A stretch of DNA of 45,285 nucleotides, from positions 1-45,285 of the forward strand of contig JAUCBJ010008379.1 of the NCBI GenBank assembly GCA_032718475.1. Reading direction: 5' to 3'. The notes under the pieces were generated by a model. The model worked only from the letters and a program-made list of their open reading frames with translations. It was not told the DNA's origin and did no database searches. The DNA comes from Nemertoderma westbladi. Taxonomy: Eukaryota > Animalia > Xenacoelomorpha. Made by a program: the position numbers and the translations under genes. Positions 34,730 to 45,285 of this stretch are shown one piece after another (the stretch's first letter is position 1; the number at the start of each line of letters is the position of its first letter).

Positions 34730-35380
34730 TTCGAAATTCCTTATAGTACTTTGTCTCAATGGTAGATTGCCAATGTTTCATTATCCCAGATAATGTTAGT
34801 TTCATGTCATGGCCCTGTTCCCTGGCGAACAAGGATTCTGCTAACTCTGCGTCTATGAAGGTGCCCGTACTTCCGGTGTCCATTAAGGCGTTGACTACGA
34901 AGCTATTGCCTCCCGCGTGGAGCCGGACTTTGAGCACTGGAAACTCTCTGACTCCGATATCCTGAAATGACCGGGTGCTGGGATTGCTCTCTATTTTGAA
35001 ACAATCTTCCGATGCGGGTTCCTCATAGGTAAAGGCTTCATACACACTAACATGGTTACAGCATTCGTCGTCGTCAGTAAACTCTCCAGGTAGGAATGCG
35101 TCTGGTCCCTCGTCAGATGAGTCTGTCACGTAGTCGGTGAAATGTACACGTTGGTCTGGCTCTTCCTTCGGGGTCCGGTCTAGATGCAGTAAAGGGTGAT
35201 GGGAGCCTTGACATACCGGACATGTTTTTACGTTCACTAGTCTACACTTACGTCGCAAATGTCCTGGTCTAAGACACAAAAAGCATGTCGACAAGTCTAA
35301 AACCGTCTGTCGTCTCTCCTTTGGTGTCATTTTTAAGAAGGCATTACATTTCGCAAGCGGATGTGAGTCTGTTTTACAAA
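34730..35380 (-). pseudogene. BEL/Pao gag C-terminus and aspartic protease remnant
   Basis: Three BEL-type fingers (LCKTDSHPLAKC, CFLCLRPGHLRRKC, CPVCQGSHHPLLH) and protease NALMDTGSTGTFI; the N-terminus of the 285-aa ORF is repeat read-through. Confidence 0.9.
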
Positions 35381-35540
35381 GGTTGTGTACAAAACACAGA
35401 CCCAAGACCCCAGACCCCCAGGTACAAAACACAAACCCCCAGGTACAAAACACAGACCCCCCCCCCCCCCCAGGTACAAAACACAGACCCCCCCCCCAGG
35501 TACAAAACACAGACACCCCCAGGTACAAAACACAGACCAC

Positions 35541-35679
35541 AGACGAAAATTTCATAGATTGTTAAAAAACGAAACGAAACGAATATTTGATCATAATGGT
35601 AAAAACAAAACGAAACTAAATTAATGAAAACGAAACGAAATTGAAATGTCTTTCGTTTCGTTTCGTTATGCCATCCCTA
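35541..35679. repeat. End fragment of a hAT-like MITE
   Basis: Reverse complement begins tagggatggcataacgaaacgaaacg; repeated aacgaa subterminal motifs; other end absent. Confidence 0.5.
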
Positions 35680-35681
35680 CC

Positions 35682-36181
35682 TTAGGTTGGAATTGGAATG
35701 TCAATATCGAATTCGTTCTTAAGTTAAAAGACATGTGAAGCAGCCAATCGGGGATGCAGTTCTTCACCTTCCTGCAGGAGTGATAACTGATCACTGACGT
35801 ATGGAAATCGCTTAAATATGCAGTCCCACCTTACGCAGTAAAACTTCTTAGTAAGTTTGTTCGATGGTATGTTAGTAGAGGGAATCGATGGATGGGGATC
35901 ACATCCATCTTTCAAAGTGATCAGAACACTATATCATATGGCCGAATGAGCTGCCGCCGTGGAAAGTTTAGTTTACATTGTTGACAATGAAGGGCTGATG
36001 GTTCATCAGTTAGGAAACACAATGTAATGGGCAAGTCATTATGATAGACTTCAGTAAATGGACGCCCTGGCAATGACTGTATATCATCTGTGCTACTACC
36101 ACTTGGTGGAATAGCATTTACTGACTGTGGTCTCCAAGCCGTCTTATGTCGACCTCCCTTTTTCCCAGCAGCGGGAGGACC
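35682..36181 (-). pseudogene. Cys/His-rich ORF remnant, probably the C-terminus of the foldback element's protein
   Basis: Manual translation across frameshifts: AGKKGG..LHCQQCKLNFPRR..PYDIVF/HFERWM/..KKFYCVRWDCIFKRFPY..RLAASHV*LKNEF. Confidence 0.55.
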
Positions 36182-37832
36182 GCTGCTGGGTACCTGGGGG
36201 GGGGGGGGGGGTCTGTGTTTTGTACCTGGGGGGGGGGGGGTCTGTGTTTTGTACCTGGGGGGGGGGGTCTGTGTTTTGTACCTGGGGGGGTCTGTGTTTT
36301 GTACCTGGGGGGGGGGGTCTGTGTTTTGTACCTGGGGGGGTCTGTGTTTTGTACCTGGGGGTCAGGGGTCCTGGGTCTGTGTTTTGTACACAACCCATGG
36401 CGATATACTACAGTACAGTTATGTGTTACAAAATAAATTGAACTGCAGTATTTGACTATATTGCTTCCATAGTTACTGTTACTGCTATTCAAATTAATGC
36501 ATTCTTCAACTCCTGATGCTGCCTTAGTCTGTGTTAAATAATTTAATGTTCTCGAATATTTATTACATAACTAGAGAACCACTTAACTACATAAACCAAT
36601 ATTGGATATTGAGTTCCGTTTTGGAGTTCGCCACGCAGACACTAAAGTTGCAATAACTTTTGAGTGTGTTAATGGATTTTGCTCAAATGACTTTCAAACC
36701 TTTTCTACGTTGATGCTCTTTTACCACATGTAATAAAATTTAAAAAATGTCACCAAAAATATTTTACTTTTGTTAAAATCAATGCATTCCTATTGATTAC
36801 TAACTCCGTACGGCCACATTAACTATCAGTTTATGTAGATAGAAGGCCAATATATCATTTCGATTTGTAATTTTTCTTATGAAGTAAGTTTGGTGATTGT
36901 CTTATATACTTTTTAATTTACTTTCCAATAACAGTTTATAAGAGGTCCCTTCTACGTTTTGGACACTTTTTTTGGATCGAGTAATCCTTTTGGATTGCTC
37001 GGTTGCGTAGTTCGTTTTCTTCCAGGCCCGGATAGATAGATAGAGCACATAAACGACTCGATTACAAAAAGTCATCAAATTATTATTATTATTATAATGA
37101 ATTTATTGGTATAATATATTATAAACACTAAACTAAAGCTGTACACAATATTAGCTACTGATTATAGAAGCACAGAACAGGCACGTGGCACGAATACTAA
37201 ACAACCACGATAGACAATACGATTATATCGAAAAACAGAAGCTGTAAAACTAATGTAACAGCAGCGGGTCGGGATTAGGTTGAGAGATCACCCAAAAAAA
37301 TGTTTCACTAAAGGAAATTTCAGGAAAAGTATTGATTAATTTACCAGTAATTTCTTGTTCTAGAAGAATAGAGAGGGCAGTTGAATATGGCATACATTTT
37401 ATTCGATAGTGATTTAACTGAACTTGCAGCGAATTATTACGCTTAAAATTGAATTTTAGTGCGCATAAAATAATTATTACACGCAAAAGTAATTATTACG
37501 CGCAAAAATAATTATTACTCGCAAAAATAATTATTACTCGCAAAATTAAAACGTAACAAGAGTGAGCGTTCTCTCAAACAAACAGTGTAAAGCTGCTTTA
37601 CTTTGCAGGTATCTTTATAAGGCTTGTATGTTGTATGATAGTTATCATATGTAGATATCACTTCCAAAGGAATACAAACAATAAAATATTGGGGGAAGGT
37701 TAAAACAGTCAGACAGTCGCTGCAAAGAATCAACTCTAAAGAATTAAAATGGACCAAAATGAGTAAAATTGCAGAGAATTTAGAGAACAAGCCAGTATAA
37801 TTTCATAATATTTCACAATCTTGAATAAGTAA

Positions 37833-38180
37833 TGTGGGGCGAGCGACGAAAGTAAGCGAGCTTAGCATACAGGTAGCACTAACTCAATCGGTGTGTTTGT
37901 TGCTCTGTTGTGGGGCGAGCGACGAAAGTAAGCGAGCTTAGCATACAGGTACCACTAACTCAATCGGTGTGTCTGTTGATCTGTTGTTCTGTTGTGGGGC
38001 GAGCGACGAAAGTAAGCGAGCTTAGCATACAGGTACCACTAACTCAATCGGTGTGTCTGTTGCTCTGTCGATCTGTTGTTCTGTCGATCTGTCGTTCTGT
38101 TGTGTCCAATTTTAAACGTCAATAACTCAGCCAAATGTTAATGAAATTTAACCAAACTTGGTACACATGTAGTCTGGTAA
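37833..38180 (+). repeat. Triplicated 76-84-bp head followed by (ctgt)-rich tract; resembles a Helentron-associated (DINE-1/HINE-like) element
   Basis: Units tgtggggcgagcgacgaaagtaagcgagcttagcatacagg... start at 37833, 37909, 37993; then microsatellite and aaacttggtacacatg. The repeat is certain, the family is inferred. Confidence 0.65.
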
Positions 38181-38679
38181 AAGTTTAGAAATTTTCCAAG
38201 TTGAATTTTCGCGTGGCCTTCGAGAAGCTAAGATAATAGCAGTTAATTAGTTAATTAAGTTGATTAGGGTAACAACATCAATTTCAACCTGCCTCCTTAA
38301 AGGATATTAATTATTTTCTAGTATAAGATTTAAATAATTATACTTAAAAGTTATACAGCTGTAATCCCCATACAACATTCCATTATAGTTTTTAATTAGT
38401 TCAAGTGATTTGCTTTAATAAATGTGTCTTTAATTGATCTAAACGTAATTAAAGCGGCACAATTATTGAGTACAAATTTAATCCTTCCCATTATTGGTCA
38501 ACATAGTCTCTGTGGGGGTGTAGAGCTGCTAGCTGGCTGGGAGATGTTTGTGTAGCCTTACCAGTACTGTACTGTAACTTGTACTGTAATAGACAGCTAG
38601 TAGTATTGCTATAGCAACACAGACATCACTCCAACCATATGCTGTTTATTCTATTGACCTGATACGTTGTATTATTATT

Positions 38680-40160
38680 CTATCTCAGTTGACAGAAATC
38701 ATAATCCATGTCTGAAATAGTTTATTCCACAATGTATATGTCTGGTTATTTTTTAATTGAATTTTTGCAAAGTAGTAAAATTAATGTTCTTAAAAATAAT
38801 ATTATTATTTTATATGTAACCTAGGAAATTAGCTACATTTTTTCGCTGCAGCTTTAAGAGTGTACATTGATTTAATATTATTTCAATACCCATATTACTA
38901 CATCGGCATAAGATGCGTTGGCGTTGTATCACACATCTCCACATATCACACATCTCCACATAGATGTATCAACAGTTACTCGCACAGTTTCGAAACTTCG
39001 CATAGTTATAACTGTATAAAGATCGTCAGTCTGCGTTTAGGAAAAATATTTTATGACAAAACAGGACAAGCGACGAGCGCAACGAGGCATATAAAGAAGA
39101 CGAGTACTGCGTTGACTAAATTATTATATAAACCACCTGGCTTCACATATTGATCGCATCCCTAGTTATTATTATTATAAAGATCGTCCTAGCCTGCGTT
39201 TAAGAAATATATTTAAATACAAAACAGGACGAACGCAAAGAGGCTTATAATGAAAACGAGTACTGCGTTTATTATATTCCTATAAACCACCTGGCTTTGC
39301 ATATTTAACGTGCGATTGGAAATAAGTTCGTGCTACCCTTCCGTGGGTGGTAGATGTCGCGGTTATGTATTGGTGGTTGGGAAGGGTGGGGGGGGGGGGA
39401 TTAAAAGGGGTGAACACGTACTGTCCACCTTTCTTTGATTGATTGGTGGTGTGGGTAAATTTCTCAAAACCTGATTTTGTGATACAGTCGCTGCATTTTA
39501 ATTTGTATATAATAACTAGGCCTCGTGCTGCGCGAAGTCCCCACGAACGTGTAAATGTTGTATTACTTACTATCTCAGGTGACAGAAGATATAATGCCAT
39601 GTCTGAAATAGTTTATTCCGCAATATATTTGTCTGGTTATTTTTTAATTGAATTTTTGCAAAGTAGTAAAATTAATGTTCTTAAAAATAATATTATTATT
39701 TTATATGTAACCTAGGAAATTATCTACATTTTTTCGCTGCAGCTTTAAGAGTGTACATTGATTTAATATTATTTCAATACCCATATTACTACATCGGCAT
39801 ACGATGCGTTGGCGTTGTATCACACATCTCCACATAGATGTATCAGCAGTTACTCGCACAGTTTCGAAACTTCGCATAGTTATAACTGTATAAAGATCGT
39901 CAGTCTTGGTTTAGGAAAAATATTTTAATGCAAAACAGGACGAGCGACGAGCGCAACGATGCATATAATGAAGACGAGTACTGCGTAGATTATATTCCTA
40001 TAAACCATACCTGGCTTCGCCTATTGAAGGCATCAGTAGTATAAATATCGTCAGTCAGTCTGCGTTTAGGAAATATGTTTAAATACAAAACAGGACGAGC
40101 ACAACGACGTTTATAATAATGAAGACGAGTACTGCCTACTGCGTTGAAGGCATCGGTAGT
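38680..40160 (+). repeat. Direct duplication of ~600 bp (38680-39310 and 39570-40160) with internal sub-repeats
   Basis: Near-identical catgtctgaaatagtttattcc...gtttcgaaacttcgcatagttataactgtataaagatcgtcagtct in both copies; aaaacaggac...gacgagtactgc sub-unit occurs four times. Confidence 0.9.
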
Positions 40161-40735
40161 TATAAATTACTGGGCATAATAATTATTTTTTGCGTGTAAT
40201 GGTTATTTTTTGCGCGCTAAAATTTATTTTTTACGGGTAATAAACCGCTGTAAAGTTCAGTTAAAATAATTATTGAATGAAAACACCAAATGTATGCCAT
40301 AGTTGAATCCCGGTCGCGGATACTGCGAAAATAAATAAATATCAACATATTGCAAATATGTTAGTTTAATTTAATCTCAACCACAGCCATAGAATAATTC
40401 AATTAAAATTACTAATTAAAGCAAAAAGTACAAAAATTTAGAAAAATTAGTCCATCAAATACAACATCACCTATAAAACCCAAACCTCTTACAGTAATCT
40501 ACGACATTTTTCGTTAAATAATTATAATTTAGCTAGACGATTAAAGTAACTGTATTTCAACAGTCATATAATTAAATTAATGCCTCAAAATATGCGATCA
40601 ATGAATATATAAAAAAATTAAAATGACTGGACCGCTGTACAGGGCGGGTGTTAGACTAACTTACTAACTAATTAATGAAACAAAGTTATACCAAAGTGTT
40701 TCAATATATTTGTACTTGAATGGTTGGTTTATTAA

Positions 40736-41651
40736 GGGGGGGGGGGGGGGGGGGGGCACACATAACTTGAACCTTACATTTTTGTGTCTTTGGACCCTAA
40801 AATTGGGTGAAAATTATTTTTTGTGCTACTAAACATCGTCGGATTATGTAAGAATAACCAAACAACACATTTTTAAAATTGGCCCCAAAATGGCTCCGTA
40901 ATGGCCAAAAGTGCCTTTTTGCGCCAAGGGCTATTTCTCCACTAATATTTGTTGAAATTTGTAGAAATTTGGAATATAAGTTCAGAAGAACCCTGCATCC
41001 AATCCTTCTGAACAAATTTTGTCTCAAATGTTCTGGAGCCTTTTTAGAACAAAAAGGCCCCAAAAAATGTTTTTTTTTACCTTTTTGATATAAAAAGGCT
41101 CCAGGGCACTTCCAATCAAATTTGTCCAGAAGAAGTATGGAGAAATGTATTCTTAACACGTGTACCAAATTTCAACTCATTTCCGTTGAAATTGGCGGAG
41201 AAATAGCCTTTTTCATGATAAAACGTCATTCTGAGATATGGGTGTTTAAAGATTGAGGAACAATTCAAACTTTCCCGTTATTTTAGATAATACCAATTTT
41301 CTATGTTTGTCAATAACTTTGTCAAAAATGAATGAAATTCAACGGAATTTTTCCTGCTTGCTAAACATATAACTAGTAAAACAACGTTTTAGCAATTTTA
41401 TTAATATCTGTAACGTGAGAGCTTTTTTTATGAAAAGGGCCCCGTACAATTGTAAAATATAGTGCTGCTCGAAGGCTTGTCAAACATCATACTACCTACG
41501 TTTTGGGTGATATCTTGAGTTTGAGAAAAGATATGAGAAAACGGCTTGCAGATTTGAAATCTTCATTAAATTTGGCACATGATAGAATAAAATTTTTTTT
41601 TTGTCCATTTCCAAAATAGGGGGTGCTACCCCCCCCCCCCCCCCCCCCCCC
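40736..41651. mobile_element. Non-autonomous TTAA-flanked element (Kolobok-like)
   Basis: ttaa|(g)n gcac...gtgctac(c)n|ttaa; TTAA at 40732-40735 and 41652-41655; internal direct and inverted sub-repeats. Confidence 0.75.
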
Positions 41652-42320
41652 TTAAATATATTCTAGCAAACAATAATCTCAAATATGCAGACACTGTAAA
41701 GCAATAAAATTAAGGCAAAAATAATTAACAACGTTAAAATTTCGATTACGGCCAATTTTATTTGGACCAAAAGCAACAGCTGACAGATATGAAGGGCATT
41801 GCCCTTTTTTACTGCACTGGAAATAACTATGTCGAACTTTAGTAAAATCTTATCTAATAATATAATGTGGCAAGTTAATTTAACTGAAAGGTACTAGTTT
41901 GACATCAAAGCCGCTGATAAAATTAATACACCAGAAAACAAAAAGCAATGCATCAGTATATAAAAAATTATAGGTGTCCAGTTGTTGATAAATAATTCCA
42001 CAGGGTACATGTGAAACTTAATTGGTAATAATAGAGAACGGGCCCATTAGTCGTTGATTGGCTAATATCATACAATAAGTAAGGATGCTGATTGGCTAAT
42101 ATCAACCAATAAGGATCCAACTAAAAGGTCGCCATTCTAATAATATTATCTTGCCTGTTGCCAGTGTCGGGACCTCTCCGAAATATCAGTTTATTTTTAA
42201 ACTTTTTAACAATTTGATGGTCAAAATGTGTTTTTTTGTACGACATATTGTGAGAGGCTGGCAGCAAACTAACGAAGTAATTATAACAAGGGGATACGAT
42301 TCACTCAGCCCACAAATATA

Positions 42321-43233
42321 CACCATGACCCGTAATATAGTGTCAGTTTCTGATGACACGGACCCCCCCCCCCCCCAGATTTTTCTACAAATTTTTATCA
42401 TATTGCTTGAAATTTGAAACACAACTAGTTCAACTCACCGTGGTTGTTACCATGAAGCCGGAATTTTCGATTTCGCCTTTAAATTTTATTTATAAGCGTT
42501 TTAAAAAAGTGTCTTTGCGAAATCATACCCCGTATCGTGGCCATTCTACACATTAGTCGTAATTTTTTCACATCAATAGAAAGCTTGCGTTGCAAGGATT
42601 CCAAATTGTAACAATATCTGAATTTCGTTGAGAAACAGCTGAGATATAGGCGTTCAAAGATTGCAAGAATTATTGTTCGCTGCAGGCCATTTATTCTATT
42701 TTATAAATACACAAAATTCTAGAACGTGATATTTATTTTATGTTTATTTATTTATTTATTTACACAATGTTCTGGAACAATTTGTTTATGTATGATTAGC
42801 TAAGGCAATATAGATATTGTATAGGCATACCGCTGTTGCCTACCAACTCGAATAAATGGCCTGCAGCGAACAATAATTCTTGCAATCTTTGAACGCCTAT
42901 ATCTCAGCTGTTTCTCAACGAAATACAGATATTGTTACATATTTGGAATCCTTGGACCGCAAGCTTTCTAATGATATCTATAAAGCGAAGTTAATGTGAA
43001 GAATGGCGATGATAGGAGATGTGCAATTTCGCAAAGACACTTTTTTAAAACACTTATAATAAAAAAACTTTAAGGCAAAATCGAAAATTCCGGCTTCATG
43101 GCATGGGGTCAACCACGGTGAGTTGAACTAGTTGGGTTTCAAATTTCAAGCAACATGATAAAGATTTGTAGAAAAATTTGGGGGGGGGGGGGGGGTGTCA
43201 TCAGAAAATGACACTATATTACGGGACACGGTG
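42321..43233. mobile_element. Long palindromic Tc1/mariner-like MITE
   Basis: ta|caccatgacccgtaatatagtgtca...tgacactatattacgggacacggtg|ta; arms 42321-42696 and 42850-43233 are inverted; TA TSD. Confidence 0.9.
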
Positions 43234-43632
43234 TAATAAATTAATCAAAAATTTAAGTGAGTCATATTGCTACAAATCTTTACAGGATTGCAAATAAATA
43301 TAAATAACTGAGTAACTAAGAGTATATTTAAACAGCGCTGCGAAGCTCCAAATTTTATGGACCACAGAACAAATTACATTTGAAAAGTTTTGATTGGAAT
43401 AATAATTTATCTTTCAATACAAAGTTCTTCAGCAGTAAATGTTGTCGACTTGTACAAATTAGTATAACATATCGTCGGTTTCTTCTAAACATCCCAAAAA
43501 TAACTGTCGGTAACGTTATTTTTTTTCTAATTCCGAAACCAAAATGTACTTTATTTACTTTAGATGTTCAAATAAATTGCAAGTTTATATCAAGTGTATG
43601 TAAATCACTGCTGGCATTAAACAGCTTCTCTG

Positions 43633-43951
43633 AAGGTTAAGTTTATTTGGGGCAGCAGTAGAGTCTGTGCTGCAATATGGTGGTCCCAGATGGACAGCCC
43701 ATGACTTTCGTGAGACGCCTCCTAAAGGACACAAGCCTTGAAGATGGGGATAATCTCGCGAAAGTCATGGGGGATAGGGAGTTGTGGCGGAGCTACTTTG
43801 TTGATAAGCCGGCATATCATTTTTAATGTACGCTGCATTGTGCTTGCCAATTGTGGATTGCATGGTGGTGACAAAATGTTATTGTTAAGACGGCAGAGCA
43901 TCTCAATGTGCAGTTTCAATGCAGCAGGCCGATTATAGTAGTGTAGTAGTA
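43633..43951 (+). mobile_element. Decayed, internally deleted 3' fragment of the RTE LINE
   Basis: Matches ~33707-33765, then jumps to ggacagcccatgacttt (34019 onward); ends in a tagtagt tail. Confidence 0.85.
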
Positions 43952-44380
43952 TAAGTGTAGGGTTCATGGCAATAAAAACAAAGGAAGTTGGAGCTTGGGA
44001 TATTTATTTTTATCAGTTTAAAATTGAAATGAGAAATATACATAAATCCAAACCGTTTAAGAACCATAAGTATTAAATTTTAACAGGAGAATTGAATTTT
44101 TCATAAGTATGTTTCTGGAAATTTTGAGTTTGGGATATTTTGAAAAAACCTGTCGATATAAAGCTGAAAAAAAAATGTTCAGGCTACTGAAGCCGGCGTC
44201 AGACACCCGTAGTTTTTACTAGATTTAGTTTCAGTTCGCAACTACGATTACAATATGGAAGATCAAAAACACCAAGAATAGATGCATCATGGCCCAACCA
44301 ATCACCGCGATCCTTACAGGATAACCGCCATGGCGACATTAACCAATCACAAGCACGGGATTCAACCAATGATACGACGA

Positions 44381-44662
44381 TTACTTGGAATGACTGCGGA
44401 AGATCTGGTCGTCCATATCTATGATCCCGACGCCCATAACTACGTCGTCATGGATACCGTACTCCTGACCCCGGTTGCCTAGGTCCGCAGGCTCGTCGTC
44501 GGTGGTTGTCCCGCCATCATCGGCGCCCCGCGACGTCGTGTTCAATCTGTCGTCGTCGTCGTCGGACCCGCTGTCGCACTCTGACGTCATCGACTTGAGG
44601 GGCGGCGGAAGCGCGCAGTCGTAACACGGGCCTTCGGTGTTGGCCCGACGACGGGATTTACG
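44381..44662 (-). CDS. Probable terminal coding exon of an unidentified host gene (acidic, low complexity)
   Basis: Strong acceptor gtttttttttacttcag; GC-rich 94-codon frame RKSRRRANTEGPCYDCALPPP..SDDDDD..QIFRSHSK* in an AT-rich background; no family recognised. Confidence 0.6.
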   Translation of the reverse strand, partial: RKSRRRANTEGPCYDCALPPPLKSMTSECDSGSDDDDDRLNTTSRGADDGGTTTDDEPADLGNRGQEYGIHDDVVMGVGIIDMDDQIFRSHSK

Positions 44663-44871
44663 CTGAAGTAAAAAAAAACAGACAAGTTTCACTTTACAAC
44701 AAGACGATCAGAGAAACACATATAAATAAATATAGAGCAAACAATAATAAACTTACTAGAAAATAATAAAATAATGAACAATTATTACAGTTACCAATGT
44801 GATTTAGTCGTTAGAACAAATTTGGCGACAAATTTCTCACTTTGATTAATTTACTTTGCTAGTTAGTTGGT

Positions 44872-45070
44872 CCATGTGAAGTATACCCGACTTTATGTCG
44901 AAATATTTTACTTTGCAGTTTGAGTTTACCCCCTTATGAAGAATACCAGGTTTTCACTAAAAACCCAGATTAGAAGGGCTGAATCTAACCAAATCAATGA
45001 AAAAATTAGTATCTTACACGTTAAAAGATAGAAATAAAATGTAAAAAATACAAAATAAATTATTCATATA
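44872..45070 (+). repeat. Interspersed repeat, copy 2
   Basis: Diverged copy of 18651-18850. Confidence 0.85.
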
Positions 45071-45285
45071 AGAATGTGAGAAGCTCTTACTAGGCTTCTT
45101 AAGCCAAGGAATGGCTGTTCATCATTATGGGAGAAGTATGTGATTGGTTGGCTCGGTGACAGATGGACCTAACTTCTTCCACATTAAACTCTTCAACTTT
45201 GTTTCCCAAGTTGCTTTGGTTCCTATTTATCGACCAGTCTGGGATGAAAGCCAGGGTTGGGCTAGACTGCAACAATTAAAGCACT

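Larger units (their letters stand above)
31628..34730 (-). pseudogene. Accessory zinc-knuckle ORF of BEL element 2, split by the RTE insertion
   Basis: Removing the RTE at its TSD joins CEHCGLRTH..C, CPYCRISNDHIFFSC|IVFATQCEG/KLKGHSSSNC..SWEGCADLNAIAMSR..HLGVY/..LPSYELLNCVAS..FLREIHPE; ends in basic tail PAKKRKR..KHPKRKR. Confidence 0.72.
29689..35380 (-). mobile_element. BEL/Pao LTR retrotransposon 2, internally deleted (gag-protease remnant, accessory ORF, 3' UTR, candidate 3' LTR)
   Basis: BEL gag fingers + protease joined directly to an ORF homologous to the element 1 accessory ORF, then AT-rich UTR and candidate LTR abutting element 1 pol. Confidence 0.7.
35381..36395. mobile_element. 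Foldback/MULE-like deletion derivative with C-run minisatellite TIRs
   Basis: ggttgtgtacaaaacacagaccc + (ccaggtacaaaacacagac(c)n) array at 35381-35540, inverted at 36190-36395; no TSD. Confidence 0.88.
37375..40311. mobile_element. Old ~2.9-kb element bounded by diverged inverted repeats
   Basis: 37385-37545 (tatggcatacattt..ttaactgaactt..aataattattacacgcaaaa repeats) is inverted at 40176-40311; no TSD seen. Confidence 0.6.

Noticed and set aside
34730-35380. gag-protease as the displaced 5' part of BEL element 1
   Set aside because: It is joined directly to a second, divergent accessory ORF and lacks the strong purine bias of element 1; a separate element is more parsimonious, though not proven
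35285-36492. Pro-rich and Gly-rich ORFs in many frames
   Set aside because: Translations of the C-run minisatellite TIRs
37833-38070. Three regularly spaced repeats as CRISPR
   Set aside because: Whole units are duplicated; there are no variable spacers

Overview
AT-rich eukaryotic (probably invertebrate animal) genomic DNA, mostly nested transposable elements around three host-gene segments. The host segments are the 3' exons of a large-Rab gene (RASEF/CRACR2A/Rab44 type, + strand, 11465-~15514), a convergent TMEM184C gene with an intronless CDS (- strand, 16226-17485), and a probable terminal exon of an unidentified - strand gene (44381-44662). Mobile DNA includes a solo LTR with a 5-bp TSD, an RTEX-like LINE interrupted by a FLYWCH-MULE transposon, a young 5'-truncated RTE LINE plus two decayed relatives, several foldback/MITE elements (MULE-, Kolobok-, Tc1/mariner-like) and tRNA-derived repeats. 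The most interesting signal is in two decayed, apparently nested BEL/Pao LTR retrotransposons (21890-29688 and 29689-35380). Each carries a sense-strand accessory ORF in its 3' region, where env would normally sit. In the first element it encodes a DEDDy (WRN/EXD2/RNase D-like) 3'-5' exonuclease-like domain followed by three CCHC zinc knuckles and a conserved helical region. Removing an RTE insertion at its 12-bp TSD shows that the second, very divergent element carries a homologous knuckle/helical ORF. This suggests an old BEL/Pao lineage with a nuclease plus RNA-binding accessory gene. All calls were made by eye; no searches were run.
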